Origin: Deltaproteobacteria bacterium
Lineage (GTDB): Bacteria; Desulfobacterota; Binatia; UBA9968
Assembly: GCA_009692615.1 (NCBI GenBank)
Contig: SHYW01000004.1
Location: forward strand, 8,273-72,272
Length of the DNA: 64,000 nucleotides
Direction: 5' to 3'
Of this stretch, positions 35,409 through 46,032 are shown one piece after another. The translations under genes were made by a program, and so were the position numbers. Below the pieces are notes generated by a model. The model ran no database searches and was not told the origin of the DNA. It saw only the letters and a list, made by a program, of their open reading frames with translations. Numbering within the stretch: the stretch's first letter is position 1; each line of letters starts with the position of its first letter.

Positions 35409-36416
35409 ATGGGAAGACACCTTTTCCCAATCATCCTAACAGCCGTTCTGCCATTCTCAACGAGTTTTGGCGCCGAACGCTCGCAATTGGATCGTGCCAA
35501 GCGTGAAGGAAAGCTGGTTGCCTATTTGGCGATGAACGCCGCCGACGCGGTCACCGTGCAAACCAGCTTCGAGAAAAAATATCCCCAGATCAAAGTCGAA
35601 CTGGTGCGCATGGGCGCGCCGGCGATCTTGCAGCGCATTCTCACCGAGCATCGCGGCGGCAAAGTATTTACCGACGTCGTGCTCGGCTTTGGCTTTGTCC
35701 ACTACGAGCTGGCGCAGCAAAAGCTCTTGGCCAAATACGAATCGCCGGAGCGAAACAACTATGTCGCGCAGTTCAAAGACACTGAAGGTTATTGGACCAA
35801 CGTCATGCCGATCGTCCACACCGTCGCCTACAACAGCAAAATGTTGTCGCCGGCGGAACTGCCGGCGCGCTACATCGACCCGCTGCAAGCCAAATGGAAA
35901 GGCCGGCTCGGTTTGAACAGCAACAATCTAATGTTCCTGGCCGCCATGACGACCCATTTCGGCAAGGAAGCCGGCAGGGACTTTTTGCAGAAACTCGCCG
36001 CCCAGTCGCCACAAGTTCGCGGCGGCGGCAGTTTACTCTTAACCCTCGTCGCCGCCGGGGAGTTTCCCTTGGGATTTTCGATCAACGAAAACAACGTCGA
36101 AAATCTAAAACTCAAAGGCGCGCCGGTGGATTGGTTAAAGCCGATCGATCCGCTCTACGGCGAGTTGGTGTCCATCGGCGTCACGGCGGGCGCGGCCCAT
36201 CCAAATGCCGCGAGGTTATTTATCGATTACGTCTTATCGAAGGACGGCCAAGAGCTGTTTCGCAATCTGGGAAAAATTCCCGCGCGCAGCGATGTCACGC
36301 CCAAGATCAGCATTGATCGCGACAAGATCCGCATGATCCCGCCCGAAGAAGCGGCGCGCACCCAATACTACGCCAAACTGTTCGACTATCTATTCGTGAA
36401 ACGGGCGGCTAAATAA
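35409..36416 (+). CDS. extracellular solute-binding protein (family 1, Fe3+-type)
   Basis: Signal peptide followed by RAKREGKLVAYLAM. Collinear with the SBPs at 21730, 22931 and 42738. Confidence 0.8.
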   Translation: MGRHLFPIILTAVLPFSTSFGAERSQLDRAKREGKLVAYLAMNAADAVTVQTSFEKKYPQIKVELVRMGAPAILQRILTEHRGGKVFTDVVLGFGFVHYELAQQKLLAKYESPERNNYVAQFKDTEGYWTNVMPIVHTVAYNSKMLSPAELPARYIDPLQAKWKGRLGLNSNNLMFLAAMTTHFGKEAGRDFLQKLAAQSPQVRGGGSLLLTLVAAGEFPLGFSINENNVENLKLKGAPVDWLKPIDPLYGELVSIGVTAGAAHPNAARLFIDYVLSKDGQELFRNLGKIPARSDVTPKISIDRDKIRMIPPEEAARTQYYAKLFDYLFVKRAAK

Positions 36417-37614
36417 CTTTTTCGCGCTTGAGCGCTTCGATAGCGGCGCCGTCGTAGCCAAGCTCGGCGAGAATCGCCTCATTGTTTTCACCGAGCCCAG
36501 GAATCCGATCGTAGCGCGCCTCGCTTTTCGACATCTTGAGCGCGTTGGCGATCACTGGAACTTTGCCTACCGGCGATTCGGCTTCACGGATGAGTTTGCG
36601 CGCGATCACTTGGGGATGGGCTAACACTTGGGCAATGCCACGCACGATACCGTGCGGCAACTCGGCTTTCTTCAGTTGCTCAAGCCAAAATTTGTGGTCG
36701 CGGGCGGAAAAAATATCCTCGATCGTCTCTTCCAGCAGACCCCGGTTTGTCCGCCGATCTTGAACCGTGGCAAAACGCGCGTCGGTAAGCATCTCGGGTT
36801 TTTCAATGACGACTTTGCAGAAGACATTCCAATCCGCCGGACTTGCCACCGCCAGGTTGACGTATTCGCCGTCCCCCGCCAGATACGGCCCGTAGGGACA
36901 AACATAATGATGACGCATGCCGACGCGCCCAGGCTCTTCGCCGGCGTGCCAGTAGTGATGGGGAAAATATCCGAGCCACGAGACAATGGAATCGAGCATG
37001 GACACGTCGACCCATTGTCCCTCGCCGGTCTTCTCGCGCTGGTACAAAGCGAGCAGTAGACCGATCGCCGCATACATGCCGGAAGCGATGTCGGCGATGG
37101 CGATGCCCGCTTTCGCCGGCTTGTCGGGATAGCCGGTGGTGGCAATGATCCCGCCCTCGCCTTGAATCAAAAGATCGTAAGCCTTCACATCGCGATACGG
37201 CCCGTCTTGGCCATAACCGGACAGCGAACAATAGATCAGCCGCGGATTGAGTTCTGAAAGCTTTTCATAGCCGAGTCCAAGCCGGCCGGCGACGCCAGGC
37301 GCATAATTCTCGAAGAAAATATCCGAGCGCTTGGCTAACTCTTGCAGAATCTCGCGCCCCTTTTCTTTTTTAACATTGACCGTCAAACTGCGCTTGTTGC
37401 GATTCAACCAAACGTAACCGGAAGACAATCCTTTCACGACCGAATCCCAGGAACGAATCACATCGCCGACACCGGGCCGCTCGACTTTGATCACTTCCGC
37501 GCCCATATCGGCGAGCAAGCAAGTTGCAAACGGGCCGGAGAGCACCTGCTCGAATGCGAGTATCTTCACGCCATCTAATGCCCGCGTAGGTTTCGAATTA
37601 CTTGCCACAGCCAC
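36409..37614 (-). CDS. CaiB/BaiF family (class III) CoA-transferase
   Basis: GVKILAFEQVLSGPFATCLLADMGAEVIKVE. The interlocked-ring fold signature is conserved throughout. Confidence 0.9.
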   Translation of the reverse strand: MAVASNSKPTRALDGVKILAFEQVLSGPFATCLLADMGAEVIKVERPGVGDVIRSWDSVVKGLSSGYVWLNRNKRSLTVNVKKEKGREILQELAKRSDIFFENYAPGVAGRLGLGYEKLSELNPRLIYCSLSGYGQDGPYRDVKAYDLLIQGEGGIIATTGYPDKPAKAGIAIADIASGMYAAIGLLLALYQREKTGEGQWVDVSMLDSIVSWLGYFPHHYWHAGEEPGRVGMRHHYVCPYGPYLAGDGEYVNLAVASPADWNVFCKVVIEKPEMLTDARFATVQDRRTNRGLLEETIEDIFSARDHKFWLEQLKKAELPHGIVRGIAQVLAHPQVIARKLIREAESPVGKVPVIANALKMSKSEARYDRIPGLGENNEAILAELGYDGAAIEALKREKVI

Positions 37615-37634
37615 CCCTTAAGTATTGAACAGAA

Positions 37635-38144
37635 TTACTTCTTGTCTTCTTTGATTTCCGGAAACAAATCGTTCTTCGGCGCGAACGCTTTCTTCCACAC
37701 CATCACGCTACGCGCGTAGTCGATGACGACTTTGCCTTCTTGCTGAATGCCGCGGGTGCGCACTTTGATAATGCCCCACTGCGGCTTGGAACTGGACTCG
37801 CGCTTTTCAAGCACTTCCGATTCGGAATAAAGGGTATCGCCGGCGAACAGCGGATTGGGTAGTTTGATGCCGTCCCAGCCCAGCGCGAAGCCATTCTCGC
37901 TCACATCCGCCACGCCCATGCCGGCGACGATGGCAAGAGTCAAAGCGCTGTTGATCAGACATTTACCGAACTCGGTGCGCTTGCCGTACTCGTTGTTGAA
38001 ATGAATCTGATTGGTGTTGTTGGTGAGCAATGTGAACCAAATGTTATCCGCTTCGGTGACCGTCCGTCCCAAGCGGCAGCGATAGACGTCGCCGATTTCA
38101 AAGTCCTCAAAAAAACGCCCTTCCCAACCCGGCTTAATCGCCAT
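37635..38144 (-). CDS. MaoC-family (R)-specific enoyl-CoA hydratase (hot-dog fold)
   Basis: TVTEADNIWFTLLTNNTNQIHFNNEYG matches the MaoC dehydratase motif. Confidence 0.85.
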   Translation of the reverse strand: MAIKPGWEGRFFEDFEIGDVYRCRLGRTVTEADNIWFTLLTNNTNQIHFNNEYGKRTEFGKCLINSALTLAIVAGMGVADVSENGFALGWDGIKLPNPLFAGDTLYSESEVLEKRESSSKPQWGIIKVRTRGIQQEGKVVIDYARSVMVWKKAFAPKNDLFPEIKEDKK

Positions 38145-38209
38145 GACGCGCCTCCTGTTTAAGCAAAAACAACATTACGCTATAGTCTAGGTAATTATAG
38201 GGGGAAGTA

Positions 38210-39370
38210 ATGGATTTCAACCTGACCACCGAGCAGCAGCAGATTCGCGACGAGATTAAAAAAGTCTGCAAAGAATTTCCCGACGCCTACTGGCGCAAGA
38301 TCGACAGCGAAAAAGCCTATCCTGATACATTCGTGAAAAAACTTAGCGATCTCGGCTGGCTGGCGGCGCTGATCCCCGAAGAATTTGGCGGCACCGGACT
38401 GGGCATCACCGAAGCGAGCATCATCTTGGAAGAGATCAACCACTCCGGCGGCGTCGCCACCGCATGTCATGCGCAGATGTATACGATGGGCACACTGCTG
38501 CGCCACGGCAACGACGAACAGAAGAAACGCTACCTACCGAAAATCGCCACCGGCGAGCTACGCCTGCAAGCCTTCGGCGTCACCGAGCCCAACGCCGGCT
38601 CGGAGTCGACGCGCATTCAAACCATGGCGGTGAAAAAAGGCGACCGCTACTTGATCAACGGCGAGAAAATTTTTATCTCACGCGTGCTGCAATCCGACTT
38701 GATGCTGCTGCTTGCCCGCACCACGCCGTATAACGAACTGAAGGACAAAACCCGCGGCCTGTCGGTCTTCATCGTCGATTTGAAAGCCAATCGAGAAAAA
38801 CTCGACGTAAAACCACTCGACCTGATGATCAACCATCACACCAACGCGCTGTTCTTCGATAATGTCGAAGTGCCGGTGGAGAATTTAATCGGCGAAGAAG
38901 GCATGGGTTTTCGCTACATCATCGACGGCTGGAACGCGGAAAGAATTCTCGTCGCCGCCGAAGCGGTTGGCGACGGCCGCTGGTTCGTTGAGCGCGCCGC
39001 CAAGTACGCTAGCGAGAGAAATGTCTTCGGCAAAGCCATCGGCTCGAATCAGGGCATCCAATTTCCCATCGCCAAAGCTTACGCCAATATCGAGGCAGCT
39101 GACTTAGTACGCTACCAAGCCGCGACCAAATTCGATCGCAAGGAAAAATGCGGCGCCGAAGCGAACCTGGCCAAGTATCTAGCGAGCGAAGCGGCTTGGG
39201 AAGCGGCGAATGCCTGTCTGACCACCCATGGCGGCTACGGCTTCGCGGCGGAATACGATGTCGAAAGAAAATTTCGCGAGACGCGTTTGCTAACCATCGC
39301 GCCGGTGAGCAACAATCTTGTGCTGGCTTATCTCGGACAACATGTGCTCGGCATGCCTAAGTCGTACTAA
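38210..39370 (+). CDS. acyl-CoA dehydrogenase family protein
   Basis: ACAD N-terminal, middle and C-terminal domains; a catalytic-Glu region YGFAAEYDVERKFRETRL. Confidence 0.9.
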   Translation: MDFNLTTEQQQIRDEIKKVCKEFPDAYWRKIDSEKAYPDTFVKKLSDLGWLAALIPEEFGGTGLGITEASIILEEINHSGGVATACHAQMYTMGTLLRHGNDEQKKRYLPKIATGELRLQAFGVTEPNAGSESTRIQTMAVKKGDRYLINGEKIFISRVLQSDLMLLLARTTPYNELKDKTRGLSVFIVDLKANREKLDVKPLDLMINHHTNALFFDNVEVPVENLIGEEGMGFRYIIDGWNAERILVAAEAVGDGRWFVERAAKYASERNVFGKAIGSNQGIQFPIAKAYANIEAADLVRYQAATKFDRKEKCGAEANLAKYLASEAAWEAANACLTTHGGYGFAAEYDVERKFRETRLLTIAPVSNNLVLAYLGQHVLGMPKSY

Positions 39371-39454
39371 AAAAATGGAGCGCGGACATTGGAGCTCGGA
39401 CACTCCTGTCCGCGTATTTTCCTGAGCGGGTTAGAAAACCCGCGCTCCTTTAAC

Positions 39455-40657
39455 TCAAGATGCAAGACTCTTGGAATTTTCCCTCTTGCTCATCCTTCGC
39501 AACCACACCACACCGATAAGAAACAGCACTGTTGACCCCAACGAGCCAACCACGAACACGCTGGCGATGCCGGTGGCGTGAGCGATGAAGCCGCCGATGG
39601 ATGGACCGAGAATATTGCCCAGATCGCCGGCGGCGTTGTAAACACCCGAAGCCAAACCGCGGCGGACTTTCGATTCCGGTACGTCTTGGACTAAACCGAC
39701 CGCGTTCGCGACAAACACGATAGCGCGCATGAAACCCGACGCGACGTAGACGACGATGATCGTGCCGAAAGTAGAAAACAGCGGCACCAGCATCAAGATC
39801 AACGCTTGCAGCGGCAAACCGAGATAGGACAAGCCTTTGTGGCCGACTTTGTTGACCACATGGCCGCTGATTGGCCGGGTCACCGCATTGCAGCCGGCGT
39901 AGGCGGCGCGGATGATGCCGATTTGGGTCAGACTCATGCCGACCCCCAAGCCGTAGAGCGAAATGAACACGCCGCCCATTTGATGCAATAAATTTAAAAA
40001 CAACGCGACCAACACGACGAATGCCAACTCGGGTTCGAGCAAAGCTTTGAGTGAATCTTTAGAAGTCAGCTTCGCCGTTTCCTTAGCTTTCGCCACGCTC
40101 TCGCCGATCGCCTCAGGGCCATGGAGCAGCCACAAAAGCGCCACCGCCACCAACGACAAGAACGCCCCCAATTGAAACGTCCAGCCATAACCCCAATGAT
40201 CGGCGATCAAGCCGCCGAAAAAATTTCCCGTCGAGTAACCCAACGCCAGGGTGCCGACGTAGTAGCCCATGGCGTGGTTGCGGTTTTCATCGGGGGATAA
40301 AGAATCGACGTAGAACGCCATGTAAAGCGTAGTCACCGCACTGTAGGCAAAACCGTTGAGGCAATGGACGATGGCGAAGGTCCAGCTGCTGAGCGCGAAG
40401 CTATAGCAATAATTGGTCACGCCCATCGCCAGCACCGCCAGGGAAACCAGCAGCCGTGCTCTGTTCCGAACGTAGAGCATGCCCACCGGCAGGCGCGCCA
40501 TCAACGCGAAGATCGGCCCGAGGGAGATCAACGTGCCGATCAACGCCACTGGAATATGCATATGATCGAGATAAGGCGGGATCACCGTCGATGCCGAATT
40601 GCTTTGAATCGTCACCGCGACGATCGGCACCAGAAGTTTGACCGTGCTGAGCTTCAT
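39455..40657 (-). CDS. MFS transporter
   Basis: 12 TM helices, with a G-x3-D-R/K-x-G-R-R/K-like motif between TM2 and TM3. Confidence 0.85.
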   Translation of the reverse strand: MKLSTVKLLVPIVAVTIQSNSASTVIPPYLDHMHIPVALIGTLISLGPIFALMARLPVGMLYVRNRARLLVSLAVLAMGVTNYCYSFALSSWTFAIVHCLNGFAYSAVTTLYMAFYVDSLSPDENRNHAMGYYVGTLALGYSTGNFFGGLIADHWGYGWTFQLGAFLSLVAVALLWLLHGPEAIGESVAKAKETAKLTSKDSLKALLEPELAFVVLVALFLNLLHQMGGVFISLYGLGVGMSLTQIGIIRAAYAGCNAVTRPISGHVVNKVGHKGLSYLGLPLQALILMLVPLFSTFGTIIVVYVASGFMRAIVFVANAVGLVQDVPESKVRRGLASGVYNAAGDLGNILGPSIGGFIAHATGIASVFVVGSLGSTVLFLIGVVWLRRMSKRENSKSLAS

Positions 40658-40877
40658 ATCCCAACAGTTATTCTCTAAAACTTTCCCGTCTTCAAGCGAA
40701 CGGCGGGAAAGATTTCTCCCAGGGGTCGAAATGACAGATGAGTCTTATTCAACTTCTGTCATCTCGAACGAAGTGAGAGATCTCGTCCTCAAAGGCAAAA
40801 CGGTCACTCAGCCAACCGACGACGTTAGACATTCGCCGCCCCTTCAGGTAAAAATTTCCGCCAAGGAGATTTTTCCC

Positions 40878-41762
40878 ATGGATTTGATCCGCTCGTGGAT
40901 GTTCGTGCCGGGACACCGGCAAAAGATGATCGACAAAGCGTTCGGCTTGAACGCCGACGCGATCATGCTCGATATCGAAGACGGCGTCGCGCCCAATGAA
41001 AAAGACGCCGCGCGCAAAAATATCGGCGAATCCTTGGGCCGCGCCAAAGTTCCCGTCTCCCCCGCCCGCTACGTGCGCATCAACTCCATCGGCCACCAGT
41101 GGATGGACGCCGACTTGGCCGCGGTTGTTCGTCCCGGTCTCGAAGGATTAGTCTGTCCGAAAGTCGACACCGTCGACGATGTGCGCAAAGTCGATGCGCT
41201 TTTGAACGAAATGGAACCGAAGAACCAAATCGCCAAGGGCAGCGTACGATTATTGATCGCCATCGAGAGCCCAAAGGGGCTATTCAATGCGCCGGCCATC
41301 GCCGCCGCGTCATCGCGCATCGTCGGGATCATTTTTGGCGCCGAGGACTTCGGCCGCGAGATCGGCCTACCCGCCGTACGGGAAGGCGAAGCACGAGATC
41401 TAATCTACGCCCGCTCAGCCATCGTCGTCGCCGCTGCAGCGGCTCACGTCCAAGCGGTGGACGGCGTCTGGGTCGATTTGAACGACACAGCAGGCCTGCA
41501 CGGCTTCGCCAAGCAGTCGCGCCAACTCGGCTTCTCAGCCATGTCGTGCATTCATCCCTCGCAAGTCGACGCGATCAATACGGTCTTCAGTCCGACCGCG
41601 ACGGAAATCGACTACTGTCAAAAAGTCCTGCAAGCGTTTGGAGAAGCGAACGCGCGCGGCGACGGCTCCATCGCTTTTGGCGGCCAACTCATCGACCGCC
41701 CCATCGTCGAGCGCGCCCGGCGCACCATCGACATGGCGAAGTCGTTGGGCATGATCCAATAA
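40878..41762 (+). CDS. HpcH/HpaI aldolase / citrate lyase beta-subunit (CitE)-like CoA-ester lyase
   Basis: RSWMFVPGHRQKMIDKA...DAIMLDIEDGV...IAIESPKG are CitE/malyl-CoA lyase signatures. The start was trimmed to the ATG at 40878, which has an aaggagat RBS. Confidence 0.85.
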   Translation: MDLIRSWMFVPGHRQKMIDKAFGLNADAIMLDIEDGVAPNEKDAARKNIGESLGRAKVPVSPARYVRINSIGHQWMDADLAAVVRPGLEGLVCPKVDTVDDVRKVDALLNEMEPKNQIAKGSVRLLIAIESPKGLFNAPAIAAASSRIVGIIFGAEDFGREIGLPAVREGEARDLIYARSAIVVAAAAAHVQAVDGVWVDLNDTAGLHGFAKQSRQLGFSAMSCIHPSQVDAINTVFSPTATEIDYCQKVLQAFGEANARGDGSIAFGGQLIDRPIVERARRTIDMAKSLGMIQ

Positions 41763-41791
41763 ACTGATGCAACATCAAAGGAAGTAGGCCA

Positions 41792-42724
41792 ATGAAATTC
41801 AAATTGCCATTGTTGCTCGCCGCCGTCAGTCTCTTCACCATGGGCGCTGCCGCGCCGGTGCGCCTGACGCCGGTGAAAATCGCCGACAACGTTTATCTGA
41901 TGCAGCATTCCGGCGGGTCGGGCAATTCTACCGTAGTGTTCACCAACGACGGCGTGGTCGTGCTCGACTTCGCCATCGACAGCGCCGACCAAACCCTGGC
42001 GTTCATCCGGAAAACCACCGACAAAAAAATAAGATTTCTCATCACCTCTCACAGCGCCGGCGACCATGCGACTGGCTCCATGCACTTCCGTGAAGACAAA
42101 CCGATCTGGATCGGCAGCAAAAATCAGATCCACGATTTTCAAATGCAGGAGCTGAAAGATTTCAACGAGCGAAAAAATTCCGCCGACCCGCGCTTCGCGG
42201 CTTACAAAAAAGGCGACCTGGGCCAGCCCGATATCGGCATCGAAGCGCCGACGACGATTTACTTGGGGGGCCTGACGTTTCAGATCACTCCCGAGGGTCG
42301 CGGCCACAGCACCGGGGATTTGACCGTCTACATTCCGCAGAAACGCGTCATGCTCATGGGCGATCTGCTCGACACCGAGATTCATCCCGGCCAAGGCGAG
42401 TCGGGAGAAATTTTTTATTCCAACGTCAAAGGCTGGATTCAGATTCTCGACAACATCATGGCGCGCAATCTGCCGGTGGAGACGTTTGTTCCGGGCCACG
42501 GCCCCGCTCACTTGGGCAGAGGCGTAAAGGATTTAGAAGAGCAGAAACGCTATTTCGTCGTCATGCGCGACGAGGTGGCCAAGATGATCGCCGCGGGCAA
42601 GAGCCTGGAGCAAATCGAAAAAGAATTCAAAATTCCCCAAGAGTTCGCACACTATACTCGGCCCGAACGGCTGCGTTCGTTCTACAAACTTTTTTACAAT
42701 CAGTTGATGGAAACCGGTTATTAG
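41792..42724 (+). CDS. MBL-fold metallo-hydrolase, secreted
   Basis: Signal peptide, then a β-lactamase-fold motif region (SHSAGDHATG, HGP). The first motif deviates from the HxHxDH consensus. Confidence 0.65.
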   Translation: MKFKLPLLLAAVSLFTMGAAAPVRLTPVKIADNVYLMQHSGGSGNSTVVFTNDGVVVLDFAIDSADQTLAFIRKTTDKKIRFLITSHSAGDHATGSMHFREDKPIWIGSKNQIHDFQMQELKDFNERKNSADPRFAAYKKGDLGQPDIGIEAPTTIYLGGLTFQITPEGRGHSTGDLTVYIPQKRVMLMGDLLDTEIHPGQGESGEIFYSNVKGWIQILDNIMARNLPVETFVPGHGPAHLGRGVKDLEEQKRYFVVMRDEVAKMIAAGKSLEQIEKEFKIPQEFAHYTRPERLRSFYKLFYNQLMETGY

Positions 42725-42737
42725 GGAGAGGGAATCA

Positions 42738-43784
42738 ATGAAACCCATCGTCGCAACAGTTCTCGTCACGTTAAGCATCGCCGGTTCGGCTTGGGCCCAG
42801 GGCAAGATGACCACCGAACAACTGGCCGCCTACGACAAACCCGACCGCGAGAAAGTGCTCTACGCCGGCGCTAAAGCCGAAGGCAAAGTCACTTGGTACA
42901 CCTCCCTGGCTGGCGATTCCTATAAAAAACTCGCCGCCGCGTACGAAGCGCGCTATCCCGGCGTGGCGGTGGAATCCTACCGCGCCACGCGCCAGGAGAT
43001 GAGCGCGCGCATCCTGGCCGAGTCCCAGGCCAAGCGCTACATCGCCGACACCATGGAGACGACGATTCCACTGTTAAAACTATTGAAGGACAACAACTGG
43101 CTGGTGCCTTATTATTTCTCGACCATCGCCAAGTATCCCGATAATGTCAAAGAAAAGGCGCCCAAGGGTTTGGTCTACTGGGCCATCGATCGCGAATCCC
43201 ACATCGGCCTCGCCTACAATAAAAATATCATCCCGCAGAAAATCGCGCCGCGAAACTACGAAGGACTGTTGCGCCCGGAATTCAAGGACAAGATCTCCTT
43301 CGCCGGTAGCGACACCGGCGTCACCGTCACCGGCGCCATGCTCAAGTTCAAAGGCGAGGAGTATGTCAGAAAGCTCAGAGCCTTAAATCCTTCGGTGCAC
43401 AACGTCTCCGGCCGCGCCTTGCTCGACATGGTGATCTCCGGCGAAGTTGGCGTCTCGCCGACGACGTTTCGCAATCACGTCGAAGTCTCGCTCAAAGCCG
43501 GCGCGCCCATCGAATGGATTCCCATGGACGTGGTGCCGTCCAACTCCGGCTCCACCGCGGTCCTCGCCAAGTCGCCTCATCCCAATGCCGCGTTGCTGTT
43601 GGCCGACTTCATCCTCGGACCGGGCGGGCAGAAAGTTCTCGAAGAGTACGAATACGGCAACCCGACCAAGGACTACGGCTTCAAGCGCTGGTATCCAGAA
43701 ACAGGCATGAGCGCCGAACAGATCGACAACCTCGAGAGCAAGTGGCGCACGATCATGCGCGACCTAACGCGACGGTCTTTCTAG
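42738..43784 (+). CDS. extracellular solute-binding protein (family 1, Fe3+-type)
   Basis: A signal peptide is followed by AGAKAEGKVTWYTSLAG. Paralog of 21730, 22931 and 35409. Confidence 0.8.
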   Translation: MKPIVATVLVTLSIAGSAWAQGKMTTEQLAAYDKPDREKVLYAGAKAEGKVTWYTSLAGDSYKKLAAAYEARYPGVAVESYRATRQEMSARILAESQAKRYIADTMETTIPLLKLLKDNNWLVPYYFSTIAKYPDNVKEKAPKGLVYWAIDRESHIGLAYNKNIIPQKIAPRNYEGLLRPEFKDKISFAGSDTGVTVTGAMLKFKGEEYVRKLRALNPSVHNVSGRALLDMVISGEVGVSPTTFRNHVEVSLKAGAPIEWIPMDVVPSNSGSTAVLAKSPHPNAALLLADFILGPGGQKVLEEYEYGNPTKDYGFKRWYPETGMSAEQIDNLESKWRTIMRDLTRRSF

Positions 43785-43880
43785 TTTCTCCGGGAATTTG
43801 AATCCACGATAACGAAACTCCTTAGACTTCAAGCCGAAGGGTTTTGAGTGTGTCAACTGGAAGTCGCCTTGTTCCCATCC

Positions 43881-43970
43881 GTCATTCCCGTGACAACGGG
43901 AATCCAGGGAGGGCGGGTTTTAAACCCGCCCCTACGGCGAATCACCTGGATTTCCGCGTGCGCGGGAATG
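43881..43970. repeat. ~90-bp MITE-like composite repeat with terminal inverted repeats gtcattcccg/cgggaatgac enclosing the GGGCGGGTTTTAAACCCGCCC hairpin
   Basis: The inner hairpin plus cctacg tail is shared with 1899-1930. The outer 10-bp inverted repeats are seen directly in the sequence. Confidence 0.6.
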
Positions 43971-44107
43971 ACGGACTTTCGCCGCGATTGGCGCATGTCC
44001 TGTCAGCCGTGGAAAAGGCAAGTGACGCCTATCATCGCCGCTCTGGTTTTTATTTGCCCTGCCGGATATATCATTGAACCAAAATCACCAGCGAGAGCGA
44101 GGTCATC

Positions 44108-45577
44108 ATGAACACCGGTTCATTTGTCGACGGCAAATGGTTTCACCCGAAGTCGAATCGATTGGTGCGTAATATTAACCCGGCGGATACCGATGAAGTA
44201 ATCGCCGAGTTTCCCGCCGCAACCGCCGAGGATGTCGCGCGCGCGATCGACGCGGCGCAAGCGGCATTTCGCGGTTGGAAGAAAACTCCCGGCCCCGAGC
44301 GCGGTCGGGTGCTGTGGCGCGCCGCTGACATCGCGCGCCAACGCGCTGACGAAATCGCCCGCACGCTCACCCGCGAAGAAGGAAAAATTCTCAAAGAAGC
44401 CAAAGGCGAAGTGATGAAAGGCATCTCGCTGTTGGAATTCTACGCCGGCGAGGGTTTTCGCATGCACGGCATGACGCTGCCGTCCGAAGCGCGCGATACG
44501 TTTACTTACACGATTCGCCGTCCGCTCGGCGTCGTCGGCCTGATAGCACCGTGGAATTTTCCCTGGGCGATTCCGGTGTGGAAATCCGCTCCTGCGCTGG
44601 CCGCGGGCAACTGTGTGATTTTCAAACCCGCTGAACTGACGCCCGCCACCGCCGCTCTGCTTACCGAGATTTACACAGAAGCCGGATTGCCTCCCGGAGT
44701 ATTCAACATGCTGGTCGGCGCCGGCTCGGTGGTTGGCGAAGCGATGGTTCACTCGCCGGTGCTGCGCGCGATCTCATTCACCGGATCGAACGAAGTCGGT
44801 GGCGCGCTCTACGCCAAGGCGGCCCAGCGCGGCGCTAAAGTAACCTGTGAAATGGGCGGCAAGAACGCGGTCATCGTCATGGCCGACGCCGATCTCGACA
44901 AGGCGGCCATCGCCATCCACGGCGGCGCCTTCGGCTCCACCGGCCAACGCTGCACGGCGACTTCGCGCGTGATCGCGGCGCCCGCCGTCAAAGACGCGCT
45001 GGTCGAACGACTGGTGGCGGCGGCGAAAAACATCACAGTGGGTCCCGGTCTCGACGAGTCGGTCGATATGGGTCCGGCGGTCGACAACAAACAATGGAAA
45101 ACCGATCTCGATTACATCGCCATCGGCCAGCAAGAAGGCGCGCGTCTGCTGCTCGGCGGCAAAGCGCCGCAAGAGCTTGGCAAAGGTTATTTCGTCGAGC
45201 CGACGATATTCGACAACGTCACGCCGGCCATGCGCATCTTCAAAGAAGAAATCTTCGGCCCGGTGCTCGCAGTCACCACGGCGAACAATCTCGACGAAGC
45301 GCTCAGCTACGCCAACGGCGTCGAGTATGGCCTGACGACGTCGATCTTCACGGAAAATATCGACACGATCATGAACTTCGTCGAGGAAGTGGAAACCGGC
45401 ATGGTGCACGTCAACGAACCGACGATTGGCGGCGAAGCTCAACTACCCTTCGGCGGCACTAAGGCCACCGGCGTCGGCGAGCGCGAGATGGCGGTCGAGG
45501 GACTGAACTTTTTCACTGAGTTGAAAACCGTGTTTATCAACTACTCCGGCAAGGCGGAGAGGTTGATGATTCGGTGA
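44108..45577 (+). CDS. NAD(P)-dependent aldehyde dehydrogenase family protein
   Basis: ELGGKNA-like [10 protein letters not shown], a catalytic Cys in GQRCTA, and an EEIFGPV motif. Confidence 0.95.
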   Translation: MNTGSFVDGKWFHPKSNRLVRNINPADTDEVIAEFPAATAEDVARAIDAAQAAFRGWKKTPGPERGRVLWRAADIARQRADEIARTLTREEGKILKEAKGEVMKGISLLEFYAGEGFRMHGMTLPSEARDTFTYTIRRPLGVVGLIAPWNFPWAIPVWKSAPALAAGNCVIFKPAELTPATAALLTEIYTEAGLPPGVFNMLVGAGSVVGEAMVHSPVLRAISFTGSNEVGGALYAKAAQRGAKVTCEMGGKNAVIVMADADLDKAAIAIHGGAFGSTGQRCTATSRVIAAPAVKDALVERLVAAAKNITVGPGLDESVDMGPAVDNKQWKTDLDYIAIGQQEGARLLLGGKAPQELGKGYFVEPTIFDNVTPAMRIFKEEIFGPVLAVTTANNLDEALSYANGVEYGLTTSIFTENIDTIMNFVEEVETGMVHVNEPTIGGEAQLPFGGTKATGVGEREMAVEGLNFFTELKTVFINYSGKAERLMIR

Positions 45578-45675
45578 AGTAAACAAGCAGAGATATCACC
45601 GCCGAGACGCGGAGCATCCAGAGATAAGAGATTTGTATTAACTCTCTGCGAACTCAGCGCCTCTGCGATGAAAGT

Positions 45676-45714
45676 CCCGTAGGTCGGGTACGCTGCGCTA
45701 ACCCGACCTACGGG
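45676..45714. repeat. REP-like hairpin cccgtaggtcgggt-acgctgcgcta-acccgacctacggg
   Basis: Family copies lie at 46510-46540, 46868-46897 and 47413-47453. Confidence 0.7.
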
Positions 45715-46032
45715 CTTCTGCTGGTAGAAATTGTCAGTAGCGCTGCCGAAGTGGCTTTGATACAATACAACCACGATGAGCAAGGCTACAGAGACATCTT
45801 CGAAAATCATCGAATCGCTTCCGCAAGCCACACAAAACGAGTTGTCGAAGAACTACGGGCTTTAACTCTATCGAGTCTTTAGGACACCTACCCAAACTAA
45901 CGATGGAAAAAATCGTCCGCAAGTTCCGATCTTTTGACGCGCAAGAAGAGGCCGAATACGAAGAATACCGGCATCTTTCGGGCGATGAAAAACTTCAACG
46001 CCTCCTCGACTTGATTATGCCGGAGAATCCCG

